A DNA stretch of 64,000 nt from Candidatus Latescibacterota bacterium (GTDB taxonomy: Bacteria > Latescibacterota > UBA2968 > UBA8231). The DNA lies in NCBI GenBank assembly GCA_965248355.1, contig OZ252098.1, positions 4,288,001-4,352,000 on the forward strand, given 5' to 3'. How positions within the stretch are numbered: position 1 is the stretch's first letter; each line of letters begins with the position of its first letter. Made by a program: the position numbers and the translations under genes. The notes under the pieces are model-generated. The model worked only from the letters and a program-made list of their open reading frames with translations, did not search any database and was not told the origin of the DNA. Shown here one piece after another: positions 9,408 to 19,953 of the stretch.

Positions 9408-10935
9408 ATGGAGCCGATGGATATCGGATCGAGCAAGCAACTCTTCGTCGACGACCGCTTCATCGCCACCGCCAACGGAGTGGAGCTGGTGATGAATCCA
9501 CCCTACCAGGCCGCGGAGCCGGTGGTGACCGTCGACGCCCCGTGGGAAGACCCGTCCGATACGAGCTTTGGAATCTACAGCAGCGTGTTACGGGAAGATG
9601 ACGGCCGCATCCGGTTGTGGTATCACGTGCGCAGGGCCAGGGAGGAATCCGGGCTCAGCCTCGACCAGGCCTACGTGGGCTATGCCGAGTCGACCGACGG
9701 CATCCATTTCGACAAACCGGAGCTGAACCTCATCGACGAAGGCGGGTCGACCGCCAACAACGTCGTCATCCCGGGCAAGATCGGTGGCAGCTCGGTGTGG
9801 ATCGACCCGCATGCCCCGCCCGAGGAACGCTACAAGAACCAGTCGAAGGTCTACAATCCCGAAGTGGCGATGCAGTTCCACATGCACGGCTCGCCGGACG
9901 GCATCCACTGGAAGTTCCTTCGCCGCTTGCAGCTCCCACAGCGGGGCGGCTGGGATACGCAAAACATCATTTTCCGGGACCCGGCCATCGGGAGGTACGT
10001 CCTCTACACCCACCGCTGAGGGAAACGAGAACTACCGGACGGTCAGACGGCTCGAGTCCGACGATCTCGTCAACTGGGACAACCAGAGGACGGTCATGTG
10101 GCCGGACGACGAAGACCTGGCGACATACGAGACAACCCCCGCGCTCGATCCCGCCGCGCCGGAAAAGCCCTACGGCAGGGTGCCGATGGACTATTACGGC
10201 GCTACCGTCTTCAAGTACCCGGACCCGCACGGCGTGTACGTCATGCTCGCCAACGCCAATTGGTACTGGTTCAACCGCGAGCCGGTGGTGACCACGGTCC
10301 GGGACGACCTGGATGTGGTGCGCACCGAGACGCAGCAGATCCACGGGCCCAGCCGCTTCGACGTGCGCCTGTCGGTGAGCCGCGACGGAGTGAACTTCCA
10401 GCGCTGCGGCGGACGCCGGCCCTTCCTGAGCCCGGGGCCCGAAGGCGGCTTCTCCTCGCGCATGGTGTGGGCCATGCCCCATCCGGTCCGAATGGGCGAC
10501 GAGATCTGGATCTACTACAGCGGCACCAACAGGGACCATGACGGCCTCCTCGACCCGGCGGGCCAGGACCACCTCTCCGGCATCGGCCGGGCGATTCTCC
10601 GGTTGGACGGGTTCGTTTCGGCGGATGCGGGCTACGGCGGCGGCGAAATCGTCACGCCGGTCGTTCGCTTCGAGGGGGAGCGTCTTGAGCTGAACCTCGA
10701 CACCGGAGGCGGCGGCGCGGTGCGCGTGGAGCTTCAGGACGCGCAAGGCCGGCCGGTCAGCGGCTACACGGAGCGCGATGCGTCCTGGATCTGCGGCAAT
10801 TCGGTGCGCATGCCCGTCCGCTGGGGAAAGACCTGGGATGTCAGCCCGTTGTCCGGGACACCGATCCGGATCCGTTTCGTCATGCGCGACTGCAAGCTGT
10901 ACGCCTTTCGGTTTTGCGACTCGCCGAGATCATGA
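9408..10935 (+). pseudogene. Five-bladed beta-propeller glycoside hydrolase (GH32/GH43-like), frameshifted at ~10012
   Basis: N-half KQLFVDD...YVLYTHR* ends at 10019; C-half TAEGNENYRTVRR...LRLDGFVS...LYAFRF continues in another frame. Confidence 0.75.
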
Positions 10936-11001
10936 CCCGCTGGCTGCGGGAGGGGCCCTTGCCCCGGCCCTGGTTCGCGCCACCGATCGGTTGGCCGTTC
11001 T

Positions 11002-11526
11002 CTAGCCGGAGAGCGTGGGCGAGGCCATGGTTTGCCCCTCGCCGTAGATGGCCGCCACCTGGAAGTCGCCGGCACCCAGCCGCAACACCGTCACCGTCCG
11101 GGCGTCCGGATCCACCAGCCAGTACTCCTTCACGCCGTGCTTGGCGTACAGAGCGCGTTTGAGCGTCCGGTCCCGCCCGGCGGTGGAGGGGGACAGGATC
11201 TCGACGACCAGGTCCGGCGCGCCGAGGACATTGTCGCCGCCGAGCAGCAGGTGCGCGCGCTCCTCGGATACAAACAGCAGGTCCGGCTGCACCACGTCGG
11301 TGTTCGACAGCACCACGTCGCAGGGGGCGTGAAAGACCTCGCCCAAGTCCCTCTCCTGTACGAACGCATGGAGCAACGCTCCCAGCCGGGTGCCGATTCT
11401 CTGGTGTCTCAGGTTGGGCGCGGGAACCATGGTCAGCTCTCCGTCCAATAGCTCGAAGCGCTGGTCCTCCGGGGTGTGCTGGTAGTCCTCATAGGTGAAC
11501 TTGATGGCCGGGTTGGGGCTGACCAT
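11002..11526 (-). CDS. Uma2 family (DUF820) endonuclease
   Basis: FELLDGEL, VQPDLLFV, APDLVVEILSPST, GVKEYWLVDP. Confidence 0.9.
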   Translation of the reverse strand: MVSPNPAIKFTYEDYQHTPEDQRFELLDGELTMVPAPNLRHQRIGTRLGALLHAFVQERDLGEVFHAPCDVVLSNTDVVQPDLLFVSEERAHLLLGGDNVLGAPDLVVEILSPSTAGRDRTLKRALYAKHGVKEYWLVDPDARTVTVLRLGAGDFQVAAIYGEGQTMASPTLSG

Positions 11527-11543
11527 AGCCCTCTCCTCTCCTC

Positions 11544-12803
11544 TCACGGCGCGAACTGGTAGACCACCGGCAACTCCCCGGGGTCCGTGACGCTCGAATC
11601 CGTGTGGTGGTAGATGTTCACACGGCCGGTGCCGCAGTCCCCGAAATCGTCGCAGGAGAGCACGCCGATGAGACCCTGGAAGCCGGCCGTCGCCCCGATC
11701 CCCTTGCGCAACTCGGCGCGGTCCACGTACAGCTTGCCGTCCTCCTCCACGGCGACGGCTTCGATGGCGGCGAGCAGCACCGTCGCGGCGTCGTACGCGT
11801 GCGCCCAGAAGGGAGAGGGATGAGTACCGCCGGACGTGGCTTCGATCTCGGCCAGTATCGCGTCCGCGTTCTTGCTGGTCGCCGTGTTGACGCTTGATCC
11901 ATGCACCGGCTCCGGTCCGGCAAAGTAGATGCCCTCCGACTGCGGCGTGCCGAGGAACTCGGACAGGAGGAGGGCCGCGTCGGTGATGAGCACCGCGCCT
12001 TCCAGACCCTCGAAGACCCGCACCTGCTCGGCGAAGGGCGACCCTTCGGCGTCGAAGAGCGGGAAGAAGATGCCGTCCGGCCCGGCCGCGGCGAACTCGG
12101 CGAGGACATCGGTCATGTCCCGGTCGCCCTTCTCGATCCTGGCGGTGACCGCGACCTCCCCGCCGAGGGCGCGGAACTCATGGCCGAAGGCGACGGTGAG
12201 GCCCATGGTGTAGGGGTCGCCGTCGTCTATGGACACCATGCGCCGCAGGCCCAGCTCGCCGTAGGCGAAATCGGCGACCGCCTGCCCCTGGTAGAGGTCG
12301 TTGTTGGCCGTGCGGAAATAGCCGGGGTGATAGTCGGGACTCGCCGTGCCGGCGAGGTCGGATGTGAGCGCAGGCGAGGTGTTGGACGGCGAGATCATCA
12401 CCAGCCCCGCGGCGCTCAGCAGCGGGGAAGCCGCCACGGCCGCGGCCGAGCACGATGTGCCGATGACGGCCAGCACCATCGGGTCGGCGATGACCTGCTC
12501 GGCGCTCGCGCGCCCGCCCTCCGGCGAGCACATGGAGTCTATCGCCTCGCCGAGTTCGATCTCGTGCCCGTGGATGGTGCCGAAGTCCTGGACGGCCAGC
12601 TCGATGCTGTACCGCGACCACTCCGCCAGAGACGGCACGCCGGTGTGCGCGAGCAGGGACCGGATCTGCACCCCCTCCCCCTCGCCGACCTCGACCGCGC
12701 CGAGGGGACCGGCCTCGAAGCTGCCGACCGGTTCATCCTTCCCGCAGGCCGTCATCAGTCCCGCCAGCAGGACGAAGCGAAATCCCACGATTGCGTTCTT
12801 CAT
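11544..12803 (-). CDS. Branched-chain amino acid ABC substrate-binding lipoprotein (LivJ/K-like), orphan
   Basis: Lipobox LMTAC; IGTSCS, MISPSNT, FRTANND, AYDA motifs; no permease or ATPase nearby. Confidence 0.85.
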   Translation of the reverse strand: MKNAIVGFRFVLLAGLMTACGKDEPVGSFEAGPLGAVEVGEGEGVQIRSLLAHTGVPSLAEWSRYSIELAVQDFGTIHGHEIELGEAIDSMCSPEGGRASAEQVIADPMVLAVIGTSCSAAAVAASPLLSAAGLVMISPSNTSPALTSDLAGTASPDYHPGYFRTANNDLYQGQAVADFAYGELGLRRMVSIDDGDPYTMGLTVAFGHEFRALGGEVAVTARIEKGDRDMTDVLAEFAAAGPDGIFFPLFDAEGSPFAEQVRVFEGLEGAVLITDAALLLSEFLGTPQSEGIYFAGPEPVHGSSVNTATSKNADAILAEIEATSGGTHPSPFWAHAYDAATVLLAAIEAVAVEEDGKLYVDRAELRKGIGATAGFQGLIGVLSCDDFGDCGTGRVNIYHHTDSSVTDPGELPVVYQFAP

Positions 12804-12836
12804 CGGGTGACCTCCAACTGGTTCGGATGGATCCAG

Positions 12837-13259
12837 CTATTTCAGCAGCAGGAGTTTGCGCGTATCGACCTGCTGCCCAGCCTGCAGCCGGTAAGTATAC
12901 ACACCAGTGGCCAACTCGCGTCCGTGATCGTCCCGGCCGTCCCACGTGACCGAGTGATGCCCCGCATCCAGGACCGTGCTCAACAAGGGTCTCCTGGCCC
13001 GCGCGTCCAGGACACGGGCTGGCAGGTTCTCCAGCAACCGGCGCGCCTCCTCCACCACCGGACCCGTCATCCCCCGGGCGGACGCCTTGCGGATCTCCCG
13101 GTCCAACATGGCGAAGTACTCGTAGTCCTCCGTCGAGCTCCAGGCGGTGGCCGAGTGCCTCGGTCCCAGCGCGGTGGGAGCGTAGAGGTCGACGTACCCG
13201 GTCTTCTGGGCAGCCGTACAGCAGGATCGGGTAGGCTCGCCGGCAGTCATCCGTTTCAA
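12837..13259 (-). pseudogene. C-terminal remnant of a secreted protein ending in a FlgD-Ig-like sorting domain
   Basis: VTWDGRDDHGRELATGVYTYRLQAG...RKLLLLK, preceded by an EDYEYF helix; no signal peptide; the domain start appears missing. Confidence 0.6.
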
Positions 13260-13327
13260 TAATATACTTGTTTCCCCCGCGGTGAAACACTAAAATAGAT
13301 GGAACGCTTAGCAGGAGAAGGAGGCCC

Positions 13328-14407
13328 ATGCCCGTACCGGACAAACAGCCACCGACCGGGACGCAGGTCGCGCGTCGCGTCGAGCGAGCTCTGGCTGAAC
13401 GAATTCCGTCCGGCTGGTCACTTCGCGCCCGGATCGGGGCGCCGGCCGGGCGCTACCGCGTGGACCTGCTGGCCGAGATCGCGTCACCCGAGGGCGCGAC
13501 TGCGGTTATTGCCGTCGAGATCAAGCGAACTCTGGAGCCACGCGGCGTCCTCCAGGCAGTCGAGCAGATCTCTGCGATTACGGCCGGCGCGTTGCCTCGG
13601 GCGGTACCTGTAGTGGCGGCCTCCTACCTCTCCCCCCGCACCCGTGCCCTCCTTCGTGACCGCGGCGTCGGCTACGTCGACACTACGGGCAATGTTCGTA
13701 TCGAAGCTTCTACGCCGGGGCTGTTCATTTCTGCCGACGGCGTCGATCGTGATCCCTGGCCAAGGGATCACAAGCTCCAGTCCCTGCGGGGCCGGGGTGC
13801 TGCACGTGCCGTGAGGGCCATCATCGACACATTCCCCCCGTACGGTGTCCGACAACTGGCCCAGTCGACCAGCGTGTCGGCTCCGACCTTGTCGCGCGTG
13901 TTGGACTTGCTCGAACGGGAAGCCATCGTGACCCGTATGCGCGGTGCCGTATCTGCCGTCGATTGGCAAGGCGCGATTCGGCGATGGACTGAGGATTACG
14001 ACCAAACGGGCTCGAACACGTCCACGATGGCTCTTGAGCCGCGCGGGCTGCCGGCTTTCGAGAAAAAGCTCCGGGCGACGAAGCTCGCGTACGTCGCCAC
14101 CGGCGCGTTCGCCGCCCAGCGATTCGATCCCATCGCCCCCGCTAGACTGGCGGCCATCTACGTCACTGACGCGATCGAGTTCATTGACCATCTGGATCTC
14201 AGGGAGACCGAAGCCGGCGCCAACGTGGTGATCATAGAGCCTCTCGACCCCGTCGTCTTTGATCGGGCGGTCGACCGCGACGGCCTTCGTTGCGTCGCTC
14301 CCAGCCAGCTCGCCGCGGACCTTCTGACCGGGCCAGGTCGGGAACCGTCGCAGGGTGAGCACGTACTGAAATGGATGGAGAGGAACGAGCATGTCTGGCG
14401 GTCCTGA
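13328..14407 (+). CDS. Putative type IV TA antitoxin (AbiEi-like; PD-(D/E)XK-like N-domain plus HTH)
   Basis: VDLL..AVEIK, GYVDTTGNVRI, HTH GVRQLAQSTSVSAPTLSRVL, VAPSQLAADLL; overlaps the downstream NTase gene. Confidence 0.65.
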   Translation: MPVPDKQPPTGTQVARRVERALAERIPSGWSLRARIGAPAGRYRVDLLAEIASPEGATAVIAVEIKRTLEPRGVLQAVEQISAITAGALPRAVPVVAASYLSPRTRALLRDRGVGYVDTTGNVRIEASTPGLFISADGVDRDPWPRDHKLQSLRGRGAARAVRAIIDTFPPYGVRQLAQSTSVSAPTLSRVLDLLEREAIVTRMRGAVSAVDWQGAIRRWTEDYDQTGSNTSTMALEPRGLPAFEKKLRATKLAYVATGAFAAQRFDPIAPARLAAIYVTDAIEFIDHLDLRETEAGANVVIIEPLDPVVFDRAVDRDGLRCVAPSQLAADLLTGPGREPSQGEHVLKWMERNEHVWRS

Positions 14408-15227
14408 CCCTCTGTACGTGCGCGCCCGCATTGCGCTGCTCGAGGTAGCCGAGGCGCTGGAGGAACAACTCGACGCCGTCGTGCTCGTCGGCGCTCAGGC
14501 CGTCTATGTCCACACCGGCGATGCGGATTTCGTCGCCGCCGCCCCGCACACGACCGACGCCGACTTCTGCATAGCGCCAGCACATCTGACCGACACGCCC
14601 CTCCTGGACGAACTGCTGACGGCGCGCGGGTTCTCGCCCGGAGAGCATCCAGGCGCCTGGCTCAGCCCGGACGGGATTCCCGTCGACCTCATGGTTCCCG
14701 AAGCGCTGGCCGGAGCCGGTTCCAGGGGAGCCCGCCTTGGACCCCACGGCAAGAGAGTCGCAAGACGAGCCAAGGGCCTTGAGGGAGCGCTCGTCGATCG
14801 GAAGCTCACGAAGATCATTTCACTCACGCCAGGCGTCGAACGATCAGTTGAGATGCTCGTCGCTGGGCCGGCGGCGCTGCTCGTGGCCAAGGTCCACAAG
14901 ATCGCCGAACGCACCACCGGGACCGCTGACCGTGTCAGCGACAAGGACGCGCTCGATCTCCTGCGTCTCCTGCAGGCCACTGAAACCGCGACACTCGCGG
15001 CACGCTTGGTGGACCTTGCGGACGATACGGCCAGCGCGAAGGTCGCGGCCGAAGCGGTGTCCAAGCTCGCGCCGTTGTTCGGTAGCCTAGACGCGATGGG
15101 AATCAGCATGGCGGTCCGTGCTGCCCGCGCCGACGCCGAGGCGGCCATGATTTCCGCTTCGTTTACTACGCTCGTGTCAGAACTCCTCGCCGCCTACCGC
15201 TGTAGACTGCGTGGGAACACGCACTGA
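14391..15227 (+). CDS. Putative nucleotidyltransferase toxin (AbiEii/GSU2403-like)
   Basis: VLVGAQAV, TTDADF, LLVAKVHKIAER, DKDALD Pol-beta-fold motifs. Confidence 0.7.
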   Translation: MSGGPDPLYVRARIALLEVAEALEEQLDAVVLVGAQAVYVHTGDADFVAAAPHTTDADFCIAPAHLTDTPLLDELLTARGFSPGEHPGAWLSPDGIPVDLMVPEALAGAGSRGARLGPHGKRVARRAKGLEGALVDRKLTKIISLTPGVERSVEMLVAGPAALLVAKVHKIAERTTGTADRVSDKDALDLLRLLQATETATLAARLVDLADDTASAKVAAEAVSKLAPLFGSLDAMGISMAVRAARADAEAAMISASFTTLVSELLAAYRCRLRGNTH

Positions 15228-15240
15228 GAAAGACCCAGGC

Positions 15241-17248
15241 ATGCTCAATAGAGGCTCTCAATGGAATCGCTGGGACCCACATATCCACAGCCCCGGCACG
15301 GTCCTGAACGATCAGTTCCGCGGTGCCGACCCATGGGGCCGCTACCTCGATGCCCTTGAGGCGGGAACCCCCCCTATCCGCGCAATTGGGGTCACCGATT
15401 ACTACCTGACGGACAACTATGAAAGAACCCGGGACTTAAAGGAGGCGGGGCGGCTTCCTCATGTCCAACTCATTTTTCCCAACATTGAAATGCGTCTTGA
15501 TGCCGCAGCCAAGTCCGGGTTTATCAACATTCACCTTCTGGTCAAGGACCGCTTCACCTGTAAGCGAGAGGAGCTAATTCGACTTGGCAAGTGCGCAAAT
15601 CCTACAATTCGGGATGAACGCGCTGCGCTTCGCGAGGGTTCCACTCAATTCAAGGTAAGTTTCGTTGAGCTGCGGAACGTGATTCACCAAAGCGCCTGGG
15701 CACAGCAGAACATCCTTGTGGCGGTTGCTGGAGGAGGTGGGGACGGAACGTCAGGGCTGAGGGCTGGGGCGGACGCCACCTTACGGCAAGAGATCGAGAA
15801 GTTCGCCCACGTCATCTTCAGTAGCAACCCAGCGCAGCGGGAGTTCTGGCTCGGCCGGCGTCGCTTGACCGAGGCGGACCTCCGAACCCGCTACGGAGGA
15901 CTAAAGCCATGCCTGCACGGCTCTGATGCCCATTCGGAATCGGAGGTGGGCGAACCACAAGAGGATCGCTTCTCTTGGGTCAAGGGGGGTATTGAGTTTG
16001 ATTCTCTGCAGCAAGCCTGTATAGATCCTGCAGACCGGGTGTATGTAGGCCCCAAACCACCAGCGACAACAATGCCTTCCCAGGTAATCTCATCGTTGGC
16101 TGTAGAGGGTGGTGATTGGATTGGCACCGAGGAGATTCCCTTGAATTCCGGCCTTGTCACCATCATAGGCGCGCGGGGTTCCGGAAAGACCGCGCTCGCG
16201 GAGATGATCGCTACGGGCTGTGATGGCATCCCGAAACCCGTTTGGGACGGCGATGCTATGCCCAGCTCTTCCTTCTTGGCGCGTGCCGGTCCCTTTCTTG
16301 GTGATGGAAGGGTTCGCTTGGTCTGGGGCGGGGGTGATGCTGTGTCGCGCTACCTTGATGGCCGTGACTCCGAGGGTCCCACCTCATTCGCGCGCGTTCG
16401 CTATCTGTCTCAGCAGTTCGTGGAAGAGCTATGCTCTGCGCGCGGGCCGACCGATGGTCTCATCGCTGAGATCGAACGGGTCGTTTTCGAGGCTCATCCA
16501 CATGAATCCCGGGATGGTGCGCTGGACTTTGCGGAGCTACGAGAACGGCGCACTCAGCGCTTCCGTCAGGCACGCGCGCGGGAAGCCACTGCCATCCTCC
16601 AGGTCTCGCACCGCATTGGTGAAGAGTTCAAGAAGGAACGGCTTGTTGACTCGCTAGCGCGGCAGGTTGAGCAGAAGAAGAGGCTGATCGAGGGCCACAA
16701 AGCTGATCTCGGAAAGCTCGTGATAAAGGGCTCGGATGCCCAGCTACGGCGCCACGGGCAGTTGCAGGTGGCAGCGCAGGTACTGCTGAAGAAGATCGAT
16801 GGTTACAAGGGGCAGCGTCGCGCTTTCCAGGGCTTGCAAGATGAGGTGGTTAGCACGCGTGCCAGGGACCCGTGGCATGGTTCTTCTGCTGCTGTACCTC
16901 GCGCTTGACGACGACGACGACCGACCGCTGGTTATCGATCAGCCTGAGGAGAGTCTGGATCCGCAATCGGTATTCGCCGAGCTCGTCCCGACCTTTATGG
17001 CTGCGAAGGCGAGGCGGCAAGTCGTCATGGTGACGCACAATGCGAATCTCGTCATCAACACGGATGCAGACCAGATCATCATTGCTGACGCGAGTCCACA
17101 ACCTGATGGGGGGCTCCCTCGGCTCACGTACCGAGCAGGCGGCCTAGACAGTGCAGAGATTCGAAAGTCGGTCTGTGAGATTCTGGAGGGTGGGGAACTT
17201 GCTTTTCGGGAACGTGCGAGGCGGTTGCGTGTACGTTTGGAGCGGTAG
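15241..17248 (+). pseudogene. PHP domain plus ABC/SMC-type ATPase (TrlF/Ppl-like anti-phage protein), internally deleted and frameshifted at ~16860
   Basis: WDPHIHSPGT, TDY, GSDAH, Walker A GARGSGKT. The C-terminal PGTRG signature, LVIDQPEE and VTHNANLV lie in another frame. Confidence 0.8.
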
Positions 17249-17276
17249 CAACTAACCCGATGACAGGGAGCCAGTG

Positions 17277-17846
17277 TCACACCCCGGATGTAGCATCTAA
17301 CCGAGGATTGGGCACTCGGCGCTCACCCCCGTAGATCTCGATCTCGTCCACGAAGGTGAAGGGCTCGTTCCACACCACCAGGCTGACATGGCGGCCGTGG
17401 GTCCGCAACTGGTCCGTCCAGTACCGATGCGTCCCATACTCCGTCGCTGGACGGGAGCCGTGTTCCGCGCTCAGCTCCACCAGGTCCCCGACCTCGTGGA
17501 AGAGCCGGTCCTCGCCCGCCGTGAAGATCCCGATCGCCAGCGGCCACCTCAGTCCGCGAGACCCTCCGCCGTGCTGAACGAACCCCCCCGTATGGGCATC
17601 ACCGTACCCAGGTCGATGCGTCACGATCACCGGCTTCTGGTCCTGCCAGCCCACGGTCGACAGCTGTGTCCAGAAATAGCCCTCCGTGTACACGCCATCC
17701 GTCAGTTGCTCGCCATCGGCGGCATCCGTGCTGTGCTCATAGTTGGGGGCCGGGTCCAGGGTGTAGCTCGCCCCGAGGGCGATGTTCTCCTGCGCCCACG
17801 CCGGTCCCACCATCAGGAACGTAGCCGCCGCCAATGCCCACTTCAT
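17277..17846 (-). pseudogene. N-terminal remnant of a secreted protein with a discoidin/CBM-like domain
   Basis: Signal peptide AWA-QE, NIALGASY, LTDG, FVDEIEIY; IDLG motif in an alternate frame; abrupt end. Confidence 0.6.
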
Positions 17847-17889
17847 CGCCTGGCCCTGCTATCCGGTGAGTCGGTGAGGTCTCGCCCTC

Positions 17890-18652
17890 TCAGCCGAGGG
17901 AATCGGCGCCCCTGGTGAGCCATTCCAGATTGAACCGGGCGAGGCGGATGCTCTCGGAGTAACTCTCGACGCCTCGCTCGTAGAGGCAGCAGATCGTCAT
18001 GTCCTCGGCGATGGCAAGGTCGGAGTAGGCCGAGGGGCCCGGGTACAGGCTCCTGGAGACCTCCCAGGTCCGGCACTCGTCGTAGCTCAGCCGGACCGTC
18101 ATGTTGTCCCGTGAGGTGCCGGCGGCGTTGGAGAACAGGATCCGGTTCCGGCCGCTGGCGCCGGCGTCGGTGAAGCGGACGATGCTGGCCTGGCAGACGG
18201 GGTCGGGCAGGTCGCGCCGGACGGCGAGGTCGGACCAGGTGTGGCCACCGTCGGCGCTCCAGGCCTCAGTGCGGCCGCCCGCCACGGGGTTGCGGGAGGT
18301 CATGTAGACCCGGCCGTCCCGGGTCTCGACGGCCTGGCATTCGTTGCTGCCGTGTTCGAGGGCCTCGCCGTGGCGCCACGTGCGGCCGTGGTCGTCGCTG
18401 TAGAGGGCGTGGGAGTGGGAGTAGGGAGCCTGCTGGCGGGGGGCGACGCGGTGGTCGCAAGGTATGAGCAGGCGGCCGGTGGCCAGCTGGATCCCGTGGC
18501 CCGGGCCGGTGGCGTACCAGTGCCAGTGGGGAGCCTTCGCCCCCCGGGTGGTGATCTCTTCCGGGGAAGACCAGGTGAGCCCGTCGTCGCCGCTCCGGGT
18601 CAGGAAGACGCGGTCAGAGCTCGATCTCGCGAAACCATGGGGGGTGGGGCAT
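17890..18652 (-). pseudogene. Exo-alpha-sialidase (GH33-like), N-terminal part deleted and frameshifted
   Basis: GGAGG-ATG MPHPPWFREIEL* abuts out-of-frame DRVFLTRSGDDGLTW...ATGPGHGIQ...SNECQ...SAYSDL. Confidence 0.8.
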
Positions 18653-18663
18653 GTTGTCCTCCC

Positions 18664-19953
18664 TCAATCCTCCTCCGGCGGCTTCCGCCCCCCGCTGTAC
18701 GCGTCCCCGCGCGCCGAGTCACCCGGCCAGAACACGCTCGACGGGTCCTCCTGCCACAGCTTGCCGCACATGCCGGAGATGACCCGCCACTCCGGGGCGC
18801 CCATCTCCGGGTCCGGATGGAACAGGAAGCGCCGGGCGCCCGCGTCCTCGCTGGCGGCCAGGATGCCGTGCAGGTCGCGGGCCCCCATGGAGTCGCCGGC
18901 GTGGGGGCTGCGCCCGGTGGAGACCCAGAAGATCACCTTGTCGGGGTCGCCCACGGCCTCCAGGGCGCGCTCGCTCTCGGCGAACACGAACTCGTCGAAG
19001 AACTCGGGCGGGAAGCCCAGCTCCATGTCGAGGAGGTCCTCCACGCCGGGCAGGTCGATGCCGAAGAGGGAGCGCACCACCAGCAGGGCGTCGGACTCGG
19101 TGAGGGAGGGGTTCCAGCGGCACAGGCGCTGCACCCAGCGGGCCACGGTGCCGTAGAGGCCGTCGAAGCCGCGGTGCCAGTAGTAGTGCTTGGGGAAGAC
19201 GATGTCGAAGTACGAGGCCATCTGCTGGTAGTCCTGGCCGGTGAGCGAGGAGAAGGCGGCGGTGCGCGGGATGCCCCCCAGCTCGACCTTGCGGTCCACG
19301 GCGTCCACGGCGGCGCGCGAGCGGGCCCAGCCGGCGCGCGACGACTCCCGCCGGGCGCGCAGCCAGTGGAGGGTGTCCTCGTCGATGTCGAACAGGGCCA
19401 GGCCGGCCAGGGTGCCCGCCGGGGCCAGGTAGCGGACCCGGTCCGGCGTCAGCTCGTGCAGGCGCCGGCGCATGGAGGCGATGCCGCGGTGCACGCGGTC
19501 CAGGTCGGCGCCGACCTCGGCGAAGCGGGCCTCCTCCCCGGGGCGCACCTCGAGCAGCTCGCCGCCGTGGTGGAAGGCCAGCTCGTAGTGGTTCTCGCCG
19601 GGGCCGTCGACGATGAATCCCGTCACCTGGGGGAAGGCGTTGGCCAGGTCCTGGGCGTTGCCGGGCGAGCCCCCGGCCCCGAAGATGAAGACCGGCCAGC
19701 CGCGGCCGGCGGCGTCGTCGAGCATGGCGTGCAGTCGGCGCTCCTTCTCCGGGTCGACGGGGGGCTGGTCGGGCGGACTCTCGCCGAAGCGCTCGTAGAC
19801 CTTGGCGTCCGGCGTCCAGCAGGCGGAGCCGTCGAAGCTCATGCGGCCCACCACGAGGCCGCGCACGCCGCCGTCGTGCCAGGCGTCGAAGCGCTCCTTG
19901 AATCCCTCCATCCAGTACTCCAGCGGGTTGTGGGCGAAGATCCAGCAGTTCAT
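18664..19953 (-). CDS. Hypothetical protein (~429 aa), translationally coupled to polB
   Basis: ATGA overlap with the polB stop; protein-like composition (PKHYYWHRGFDGLYGT); family not recognised. Confidence 0.75.
   Translation of the reverse strand: MNCWIFAHNPLEYWMEGFKERFDAWHDGGVRGLVVGRMSFDGSACWTPDAKVYERFGESPPDQPPVDPEKERRLHAMLDDAAGRGWPVFIFGAGGSPGNAQDLANAFPQVTGFIVDGPGENHYELAFHHGGELLEVRPGEEARFAEVGADLDRVHRGIASMRRRLHELTPDRVRYLAPAGTLAGLALFDIDEDTLHWLRARRESSRAGWARSRAAVDAVDRKVELGGIPRTAAFSSLTGQDYQQMASYFDIVFPKHYYWHRGFDGLYGTVARWVQRLCRWNPSLTESDALLVVRSLFGIDLPGVEDLLDMELGFPPEFFDEFVFAESERALEAVGDPDKVIFWVSTGRSPHAGDSMGARDLHGILAASEDAGARRFLFHPDPEMGAPEWRVISGMCGKLWQEDPSSVFWPGDSARGDAYSGGRKPPEED

Noticed and set aside
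10017..10019. Selenocysteine or stop readthrough at TGA in the glycoside hydrolase
   Set aside because: The homologous-looking sequence continues in a different frame, so this is a frameshift rather than readthrough
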